Of a stretch of DNA of 64,000 bases, positions 11,019-21,300 are shown piece after piece. Position numbers and translations under genes: made by a program. The first letter of the stretch is position 1; each line of letters starts with the position of its first letter. The notes under the pieces were generated by a model. The model was given only the letters and a program-made list of their open reading frames with translations. It did not search any database and was not told the DNA's origin. The stretch spans positions 62,001-126,000 of the forward strand of contig NW_020845457.1 in the NCBI RefSeq assembly GCF_003704095.1, given 5' to 3'. The stretch is from Pocillopora damicornis (taxonomy: Eukaryota).

Positions 11019-13894
11019 ATGATTTTCTCGGTAACAGCAGCATGTCCTATCCGGGTGGTATCGCGAAGATCTTTAACTGTGCTGGCTTTGTGTCTTTTTG
11101 CATACGTGTACTGGCTGCACTGCCGCCATCACGTTCATGTTATCTCATCCAATCAAAAGCAATTAAAAACAGTAAAGAACCACACTCGCAATAACGAAAT
11201 ATACGCCGACTTCATGCAAACATGGTGTCGTCTAAAGCGGCTGCGCACAGACTGGAAGGGAGTCTTACGACCATGCGCAGATAACATGAAGTGGGGAAAG
11301 AATATGAATTCCTGGCGTGACCAAAGCAGAACGGACGCTGCTAAAAGCTATCTTACATTGTGGGATATAAGACCTGCCGGGCAGTTCAGTCGATTTGAAA
11401 TCCAGTCTGTAACGAAAGATAACCTTGACAAGACAATTGGTGGGGACTCTTGGCGGGTTCATGTACGAGGTCCCTCCTCGATGTCTCCAACAGTAATTGA
11501 TCATAATAATGGGAAGTACGAGGTCATTTTTCTTGTTCTGGAATCTGGGAAGTATGACGTGGAGGTGGTGTTGGAGTATTCGTTGTGCGATGGATATAAA
11601 GATCCACCAAGAGATTGGTTTATAAAAGGTAATTCAACCAGTAACACTAAACAGGGTTATAGGCGAAACTGAATTTCAAAGAAAGTGCTCAGCCATGTAA
11701 AATGTGTTCCTTTATAGGAAACGCTCAAGGTAGATACCAATCACCGGATGCCCTTCCTAGTCGTGAAAAACCATTTCTGTTAAGTCCTTTGTGGGACGGT
11801 GCGCCTTTCACCATCCAAATTCCACGTTCCACGGAGCTTCTTTTTAAAAGTAAGTTACTTAGTTCCTTCGATGCTTCTGCACGCTGTAGTCACGTACTCA
11901 AGACTTTCCAAGGCCACGCTGTTGTAAGGCTTCTACATACAGTTGTAATTACACGGTAGGATCTGGGTACAAGATTATTCGCGCTGGCCACATCACCCTC
12001 TGGAACAATGGCACCCTCAGCTAGTCGCTTTAGAACAGATGATGATGAGTAATGTTATTGATATGTAACCTTCATTTCCTGAAGAAATATAATTTTTGCA
12101 TTAATTGTGGGTGGCTGATTATTGTTCTCATGATCAAGTTAGCGAAAATGAAAAAATTGGAAAAATGGTAGGGAGCTTGTTCATTATGTCCTTATGAACC
12201 AAGGGTTTGAAAGTAACATTTCTTTAGTTATCTTTAATAGCCACCTCAAAAATTATATTCATTTGTTTGCATCTAGAGGTTATTAGCAAGTTTGGCTCTC
12301 TGAACACACCATGTGGGATCAAATGTTCTGAAATATGGGACGGCAATGGGAGATGGGTCAATGACACATGGAAACCATATTTGACTGGTAAGTAAAGGAA
12401 AAGCTTTTATTTAAAGGTTTATTTCGCTGACAAAGCATTTAATTGTAGACTGCACCGTTTCGATTTCAAGTTTATTTAAGAAAAAAGAATGCTGCAGTTT
12501 CTTAATCCAGACACGTAAACTAGTCCGAAATTTAGAAGTTTGAAGTAGAATTATCACATAAATTTAGAAAGATATATCTTCGACAAGTAACTCTTCTCCG
12601 ATTAATGTATAGTCGACTTTTTTGTCAATCGTTGTAATAGGATAATGTTTATAATCATCAATTCTAGAAAAATCTGGCTCATTAGGAAACAGCCCGACAC
12701 GAAAACTAGGAACACTGTGGATTTATGGAGACTCGATCGGCGATTTTTTCTACAAGTCCATCGTCAAACAGCCTTTGTGTAAAACATTATTTCAACGATG
12801 CAATAACACTTACAACTGGGTGTACGAAATTCCCAACAGAAACTTGACCAGAGCTCGATTAGAGATGGATGAAAAAGACTTCAGTATTAGGAGAGTTCTG
12901 ACAGAGATTTTTCACGTGATCGATCAGCCTTTTATGGACAACGCCAATTCCGTCTTGGTCCTCAATCTAGGTCTGCACTATGTGCACACAATAAACTTCT
13001 CATCGTACAAGACTTTGATTGACAAGACAATTAGATTGTTAAATGATAGATTTAAGACGGACGGTAGATCATGGAGGTTTAGAGGAAAACTCATCTGGAA
13101 GACGACAACTGCTATTAATAAAGAGAAGTACGGAGACCCAAAAACTAATGCGCGACATTCAACAAGTATCAGATTTTTGACTTATCAGGTGAGTAAGAAC
13201 ACTTCATTACTGATAAGGTATAATTAAATTAAGGAAAGGTAATTGAAAAAAGGATTAGGAATTTTTAAAAAAAAATTCTGCTTGATTATATGTTGATAAC
13301 CCATTCAGTAATCATTTGTCTGGACTAATGATGTCTTGCTGCCTTCTTTATCAATTCATTCGTAAAAATGCAGAAATGTTTGGGATTCTTGTAGAATAAT
13401 TGATGTATGTTTGATAAACCAATATATCTGCTAAACGGGAAATAGAAAAATTTAATTAAAATACTACCAACCTTCAAAAGTCCAACAAGGTAAAATTTTC
13501 AACTTATTTAAGTAGTTAATGAACGGGTTTGAACTTACTTTTAATAATAAACCAGGGATATCGTTTTTCTAGGGATATCGTATATCTGTGGTCGCATGGA
13601 ACCGTATCTCTCAGAATATAATTTCAGAAAGACAAATCTTGTCCTAGCAGCACACTACGAACAACTTTTTCTCTTTTTTCTTTTCAGCGTGTTTTATTAT
13701 TTAACGCCTATGCTATGGACACCATGTGCAGAGCAGGCGTCAATGTACTTGACGTATTTCCCATCAGCGACGCATATCCCGAGGGGACTGGGCTGCCAAG
13801 AAAACCCTATGATGCCGTACATTTCAAGCCCCACGTTTTCCAGCCAGTCGTGAACTTCCTTCATAGTTATTTCGGTGGTCGCCCTTCACCCTGA
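11019..13894 (+). CDS. NXPE-like (filamin/Ig-like + PC-esterase/SGNH) type II membrane protein, putative glycan O-acyltransferase/esterase, ~526 aa, 5 coding exons
   Basis: Exons 11019-11628, 11718-11849, 12277-12387, 12668-13188, 13688-13894 (GT-AG, phases consistent, 1581 nt). N-terminal TM anchor, GGDSWRV...DHNNGKY Ig-like motif, LWIYGDS, NLGLHY, YDAVHF (DxxH). Confidence 0.8.
11887..11980. mobile_element. Short MITE-like element, copy 2 (intron of NXPE-like gene)
   Basis: About 94-bp near-identical copy of 9728..9820. Confidence 0.65.
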
Positions 13895-14753
13895 CTAAGG
13901 TTTTAATTCTCGAGGAGTTGACCGCGAACTATTCCGTGTCATATCTTTGTTGAGCAAAGATAACGTTAATCTGGCTAACAACATAGATGAATGAGTTCGA
14001 GACGCTGTAATTTGTACAAACCAATTGTTCAGTTTCCATCAGATCAGAGAGGCTTTATATTTCGTGGTATCTTGAGACTCCAGGCCTCTCACGATCCTTA
14101 CTTCAGCTGCAGTTTCACAATTCAGCCTTGTTCTAAGATCGTTGAAATACAACTAGCCTCTTAAGAGTCCTTTTTGTTACGTCGAGTCGAGAGGCACTTA
14201 GCTCACTATAACTGCCTTCTTCGGTCCAAAGGTTGGTCAATGAAATTTGTGAAGCACGAGGTGAAGCTTTTGGAGGCCTTCATTATCGACGGGTGTCTCT
14301 CTTGGAGTCAAATTTGTTGATTCGCAGCTCTCAATGGGAGAAACTTAGTAAAGAAAACGAACGCCTGTAACGCTTAAAGTTTAGTTTTGTAATATGAGAA
14401 TGATGATTTTGTTTGACTTAATTGGAATCAGTGTTATATTTTGTCGCAATTTGCAATAAACCTTTAACAGCTATCGGTTTTCCCTCTCTAACTGTTCTCA
14501 ATTTCCCTATACTCCCGTTTTTATTTTCCCATCTCCAGTTTCCTATCATTAACTTCCTACATTTCATTCGTCATGGCCTGCTCCCTCATCAAAGTTACTT
14601 ATTTCACAGTTAACTGAGTCCTTTTCACGTTCCACGTTTCACGTTCTGCGTTTCTCTTCCACACTCCCTGTGCAAGTCTCCTATTCCACTGGTCCTATTC
14701 GTCGTTCCATAACCTATGTGGGTTCGCATGTAAGCGCAAAACGGAAAAAAAAT

Positions 14754-15248
14754 AAATATGGACTGGACCATTGGACTATTGGCTAAGACCCAACGCAAAA
14801 ATTTTGACAAAAAATAATTAGTCGAAAACCCGCTCAAAATAATTTGTATGATCACTAAAAACTCCATTGATTAGTAGCATTTACTAATACAACCACCTCT
14901 CACCCCTCTTTGCGTAATAATAGTTCGTCTTCTACCCCTCCCTCAGTAACAACAGTTTGCCTTCCACCCCTTCCTGAGTACTGATAGACTGCATCCCACC
15001 TCTCTCTGAGTACTAATGGTCTACCTCCACCGATAAAATGGTCCCAAAAAAGGTCCAAAATTGGTCCGAAAATGGTCTAAAAATGGTCCAAAAATTAGCC
15101 TCCGTGTAGCCGCACCCTCTCCCCAGAAGGTGAAACTCAGGCGCCTCCATTTCATCTTTGCGGGGGAGGGTGCGGTTACACGTAGGCTATCCAAAATTAA
15201 AAGTAGTCCAAAAAATAGTTCAATAATCCAATGGTCCAGTCCATATTT
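14754..15248. mobile_element. Composite MITE-like element with inverted ends and internal minisatellites
   Basis: Inverted repeats AAATATGGACTGGACCATTGGA (from 14754) / TCCAATGGTCCAGTCCATATTT (to 15248); internal ~32-bp tandem repeats (14896-15030) and ~11-bp AAAATGGTCC repeats (15035-15095). Confidence 0.6.
15096..15189. mobile_element. Palindromic TA-flanked MITE nested in the preceding element
   Basis: TAGCCTCCGTGTAGCCGCACCCTC ... GAGGGTGCGGTTACACGTAGGCTA inverted ends. Confidence 0.75.
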
Positions 15249-15880
15249 TATCCTACGCCGTGCAAAACAAAATATAGACAAAACAAAAAGATAATAATTC
15301 TTATATTGCTGATTTCAATTTGTCCTTTCAAGATAAATGTCAACCCGAAAAATTCAAACAAGGCACGCTTTTCAGTTGATCTGTCAGTTGCGGTATACAA
15401 AAACGCAAATAATCTGAAATATCTAATGAAGTAAAAGAGAAAATTCTAGCATTTTTTGTGCATGGATAAAATTCTTCGAAACGAAGGCCCTTTTTCCTGA
15501 ATTTTTGTCCCGTAGAAGAGTCCAACCAAGAAGTCTTCGCGATTTCGTCCCGTCGGTTTGTAAGTTATAAGAGTCAGTAAAATTGAGCAAAAAGAAAACG
15601 CACATTCAGTGACTCGGCAAAATTCCATACTGAAAGATCGTGCAATTCATGACCCGAGGGAAAATTCACTAGAGTTAATTATGACAATTAACACTTCGAT
15701 GCTCATTGACTAAAGATAAAACAGATAAAACCACAGGGATTAAGCATTCTATGCACTGATTGTTTACATAAAGCAAGGGATTGGTGGAGGCGGTGTTCAT
15801 TGAACTGCTAACAGAAGACACACTGTTGACGTGTATACCTCGCAGCTGTCTCGCGTCGGCTTGTCTGATCACAGAAAAAT

Positions 15881-16795
15881 ATGCCACTTGAAACTTTGTC
15901 CAAGAGTTATGAAGCCTACGAGAAAGCTTTTCAAGCCTTTTTGGACCACTCTACTGCCAGACAGTCAATTGTGAAGTGTGTACAAGATGGAACGAAGCGA
16001 GCGCTCGTGGCGATTTCATCTGTGTGTGACAAGAATAAGCCGTTCAGGATGTTAGGAATTGGTAGCGGAAAGGGTGAAATGGATGTATTGATGATCAACT
16101 CCGTAGCTGCGCATTTGAAAGCTAACGAAACTGATGTAAAACCCACTATCCATAGCGTGGTTGTGGAGCCGAGCTCATTTCTTTTAGAGAAGTTTAAAGA
16201 ATCTGCCTCGTCAATGCCAACTTCGCTGATAGCATTAGCTGAAATATCGTTTGAATGGCGGCAAATGACATTTCAAGAATACCAGCGCCTAATCGCTGAT
16301 GACAAGAGTAAACCATCCCTAGATTTCATCCACTTTATCCACAGCATTTATTACATGGATGCCGAAGATGCTCTTCGATCGTGCTTCAGAAATTATCTGG
16401 GAGAAAAGGGAGCCATCTTATGTCTCGTCCAAACCGAAGCCTCCTTCTTTGCTAAAGTGCAGAAGAAATTTAAAGGAAAGCTCACCTTTGGATCCGAGGA
16501 TATGACCATCTACACCAAAGAGGACCTCGCGGCGATAGCAGCGAGGAGTACCGGATGGTCCTATGATGAAATAACACAAGAATTTTCTATTGACATAACG
16601 AAGTGTTTTGGAGAGCCTTCAGAAGAGAGTGATCTGCTCTTAGACTTTTTAACCCATCAGAAAAACTTTCGAGTCACCGCAGATCAGGGTTTGAAGGACG
16701 AAGTTATGGATTTCTTCCGAGAGTCAATGGTGACGGACGAAAGTGGAGGAAAGTTTTTGAAAGCTGAAATGGCTGCTGTAATAATTCATAAGTAA
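15881..16795 (+). CDS. Histamine N-methyltransferase-like class I SAM-dependent methyltransferase, 304 aa, intronless
   Basis: YEKAFQAFLDHS N-terminus, LGIGSGKGEMD (motif I), VVEPS (motif II), DFIHFIHSIYYM and LLLDFLT, all HNMT-family-like. Confidence 0.85.
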   Translation: MPLETLSKSYEAYEKAFQAFLDHSTARQSIVKCVQDGTKRALVAISSVCDKNKPFRMLGIGSGKGEMDVLMINSVAAHLKANETDVKPTIHSVVVEPSSFLLEKFKESASSMPTSLIALAEISFEWRQMTFQEYQRLIADDKSKPSLDFIHFIHSIYYMDAEDALRSCFRNYLGEKGAILCLVQTEASFFAKVQKKFKGKLTFGSEDMTIYTKEDLAAIAARSTGWSYDEITQEFSIDITKCFGEPSEESDLLLDFLTHQKNFRVTADQGLKDEVMDFFRESMVTDESGGKFLKAEMAAVIIHK

Positions 16796-18312
16796 CTCCA
16801 TTGAAAGAGCTTGGACTGAAAGTCACATTAATTCCGCAATCTTATTAGCCTAACAAGACATATAAACCGACACACGACAGTTATATATCTATTTACAGCA
16901 TTTATTTCAAAACTTTGTTTCTAGTGGTTGTGACCTTTTAGGATATTTTCTTCTTGATATAAGATAAACGAGGACGATTATGGTGAAACAAAACAAAACT
17001 TATCGAGTCACTAAACGTTACCAGCCGTGACTGTTTGTTGTAACGCTACTCACCTGACATCTCATAAATCATACACGGACTTGAGCGAGCAAAGGAAGCC
17101 GCTGTCGACTTTTTCCTTAATCTAACTCTACGCAGCAGACAAGCCGCACAATCCATTCAAAGGAAGATCTGGAACTAGAAAAAAAACACTTAAATACTTA
17201 ATTCACTCGGAAATATCGTAGACCGTATTTTATACCATAAGTGTTTCCTCTATTTGTAGTAACAAAGTAGAAATTGGTCGAGGATTGCGTCAAAACACCT
17301 CGCGTGAGGTGATTAAAGAAGGGGCGCTAAATTTCAAAATAGGTTCATCGCGTTTTGTTAATGTTACCGTGGAAGTCATTGATATATACGATAGAAGACA
17401 ATTCACTTCCGAAGAGTGCAAAAGAGGCTATCAGGTTTGGCGTAACAATTTTCAAATATTCTTTAGATATTGAATCAAATATTCATGTTAAACTCTGGTA
17501 GAGATTGGCTGCTTATCTTGATACGAGTAATCGAAACAATCATAAGAGGATGTTTTCAATGACAAAAAACAAATTTACAACAGAAATCGAAAGCACCCGA
17601 TATGAGTAATCATACTAAAAACAATTATTCTCCTCGGGCCCAGGGAATATTGTGGAATAATCCACTCGGCCTCGTCTCGCGGATTATGCGGCGATTCACA
17701 TGTAACGTGATCCCAGCGATCCATTTTATTAAAATTAGGTAAAAATATTTATACATTTTTTTTACTGTAGTTCAAACTTTTCGCATCTTGAACCAGATGA
17801 TATCCGCGGGCAAATATCAGTACACATTTTCGCGCCAAATAGAGGCTATTGTTCACGTATACCTGAATATGCAAATATGTATTCACAGACAATTTCTTCA
17901 GAGCCTAGAACAGTAATAAAAGGTAAAAAATGAGCTAGTCTTCTGTTAAACTTTCCATTCAGATGCCGTTCTTCTCCTTCACTGTGTGTATTGACTGCCG
18001 CTTGGATCTACGCCACGCACTCAGTTTTGGTACAAGCGTATGTTGCGGCATCATTTGTTTGTTTATGGCGGGTTTTCTTGGTGCTTATTCAGTTTTCAAG
18101 ATGGCTGCCTCAAAACAAACTCCAAAACTCGTAGAAGTAAGATCATGCTCTATCGATTCGAAAATATCAATGGGTGGAGAGAAGTTCTTATCGCCTCTGA
18201 AACCCTCTTTACGCGCTGATTTGAAATTCGCACGAACTCTCTGACGGCTGTACGACACGATATACTCTGGGAACGAAAGTGGAAAAAAGGACTTTCACTT
18301 CCGCCTGTCAAA

Positions 18313-21300
18313 ATGGAAGCCTTGAAGACAATTCGGAGAGGTCTCGCTAAGGTAAGTTATAGTGTAATTATACATGACTGATCATCATTCAGTTCCTTTT
18401 TATTCCACCATATCTCTCTCTCTCTCTCTCTCACCTCGAAAACTTTCTTTCCTCTCCAATTCCTAAAAACTTCAACAAATCACCGACGGAAGCTACATGG
18501 GTGCACGCATACCACAGCGTATGTGTTTAGTTACAATGGTGTAAATGTAATCTTGCTTCATAACATAATTACAGTAACAGTAACGCGTGAGTAGCCAACC
18601 CCATTTCCTGATGAAGACTAGCAGAAAGCAGTCAAAACGCCGCGAACTACATCTTAAGTGACAACATCGTGAGACAAACGATTAAACAGTTTATTATTAA
18701 TTACCACCACGATGAGCAATAACCTCTTTTAGATATAAATTTATGACTTGCTCTACTAGTATGAATTTTCCAAGCTCTGTAAAGCTGACGTGTTAGAAGT
18801 ACTCAAACATTATCCTACCCTACTGCCATCTCAAGATAGGTTTGGTAAGTCATATTCTGTAATAATAATTATGCAGTAAAAGAAAATTCTAATCCTGTCT
18901 TTTTGAGACTGCAGTCAACAGATTGAATCTTTATCAAATCATTTTAAAAAAATTGAAACTTTATGAGAGAAAGCCTGTGTGCTTTGCAAATTCATAATGG
19001 AATATTAACAACCCACTTTTTTTATTAGAAACATTTAATTGAAAATGGGTCTCAATGTACTGTATAACTTAATTGAGAACATTGAAAGCCACAATTTGGT
19101 CGAATATGTCATATTTTCAAATGTAGTATTTCTATAATACTGTACATCTTGGGACAATTCGGCCAATGTTACCTCAATTTCATTTGATCTCAATTACCTG
19201 CCTAATTAGTATGATGTAGCACATTCAAGTTTGCATGTTCTCACATAACAATATTGGTTACAAAGTTATGTTTGATTTAATTGTCACATGCTATGACCAA
19301 GTTGGGAACTCTACGACTTAAGTTGCACATTAATTTTTGGGTTCTAATGGAAGTCAGGTACTGGTGATATCTTACCATACCAGATCAGTAGCAGATCCAG
19401 ACCTTGAGTTAAGGGGGGGGGGGGACCTGGTTTTTTGTTGCTTTTCTTCCTTCTGCAACTCTTTATTTTTACCCAAAATAAGGGGGAGCCCAGGCCCGCC
19501 TTGGGCCCTTCCCCTAGATCTGCCATTGTAGATAGACCTCTTACAGCCTGCTGTGAAGAGTATAGCAGAATGTGATGAAGTCTTATGTGTGCAAAGCTAT
19601 CCTGCCTTGTTAAATGTATAGTAAGAAAAAAAAATATGCTCTTGCATATGCCATACTCCGCTGATAGGCTTACAGCTGTTTGCCATTCTAGATATTTACT
19701 GAATTAAATATTTATTCAGATTTTCGCAGAGCTAGCTCATATTTGATGGAAACAGTAACCTAATTTTATCATTGCAGGTAATATATATCTAATGAAAAAC
19801 TTTTGAAATGTGCACATGCATACTTTATTAATTCCTTACTTTATTTAACCTGCAGTATACAATGATGGAAGTGAAGTTGAATTATTTAATCTAAAGGGAA
19901 CAATTCCAGTTCTAATCAGAGGTGAGATTGGATTTATGTCAACCAGTTTATACACAGTGTGATTTGGTTTTATCAAGTAAGCTGATAATGTAAGTTGGCC
20001 ATAATGGCCATTGGCCTATTCAGGTCAGCTGACTTGTTCCGTCTTAAAAATTATGATATTACCTTGGAGGCAGTCTTCAGATTGCGTGATGTAAATTTCT
20101 TGTTTATTTCAGGTGTGAAACACCAGATTCCATTGCAAATTTGGCTGCAGGAAAGACATCCTTGTGTTCCACCATTAGTGTTTGTCACACCAACAAGTAC
20201 AATGGCAATCAATCCGTCTCCACATGTGGATACCAATGGCAAAGTTTACCATCCCTACCTACATGAATGGAAATTCTCTTCTCAAGTATGTTTGCTAACC
20301 AATATACATTTTTTTCATGTGTAAAATAAGGGTCTTTTTTCTCACAAATATATATCCAATATTATTTTTTGCATCATTAAGCTTCCTTTGTGTGTAAGAT
20401 GATTTGAATGTTGGGTTATACCATATAATTTAAAATGTATTTCAATATTTATGTGTAAATTCTATAAAGCTGAAATTCTGCTTAATAGTGAGCACATTAA
20501 AAAATGAAAAGGAGAGAGAGAGGAAACAGGGTTTGTTTGGGCCCTGGAAAACCTAGTAAGTTGTGAAATTTTATTTTGACATTTTCAAGGATTGTTAAGT
20601 CCTGAAAAAGACTACAGGTCCTGGAAAGTCCTGGGAATCTGCTTAACTCAAGCAATAAAGTTTACAGAATTTTTGCTGTAAGAAATGAATGAAAACTATG
20701 CAGAAAATTGATTTTGAAATCTTAAGAATAAAAGGGTTTAAGGTGAAATTTGGAGTACTGAAAAAAAATCTGAATCATGGAAAAGTCCTGGAAAAGGTTT
20801 TGAAATTTGTTTCTGAAAAAGGGTATGAAACCTGAAGAAAAACAAAGATCAGGAAAAACATATTTTGAGTTACAACTTAGATATTAGTCTTCAACAGGCA
20901 AATAAAAGAAGAAAATTGAAAGATGAGGTGCAGGTCTTTTATAGGGAACCAAATATTGAAGTGAAATTTCAAAATCCCTCAATTCCTATGGAAACTCATC
21001 ATAGTATAGACAGGATATCATCTGAAGCCATAGGCGTAATATTTATCAAAAGAGTCAGGACTCTTAACTTCAAATGAGGTTTTGAATGCTCCTTAAACCT
21101 GAGCAGTAAATTTTTCTTTAATCTTGTTAGATTTTAGTCACTTGTTAAAAAAAACAGATTTCTACAACTTAAGACTATTACTTTTCTTTCCCAACTTGGA
21201 AAAAAGTGGTGGTAGAGTGTTCATCCACAATGTCTCATAATAGAAGTAAATTATCTATGGGCTGGTTTACAATTAAAAGATACTCCTAGGTTTAATGCAC

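Noticed and set aside
15021-15294. Overlapping short ORFs on both strands
   Set aside because: They arise from the palindromic MITE and minisatellite.
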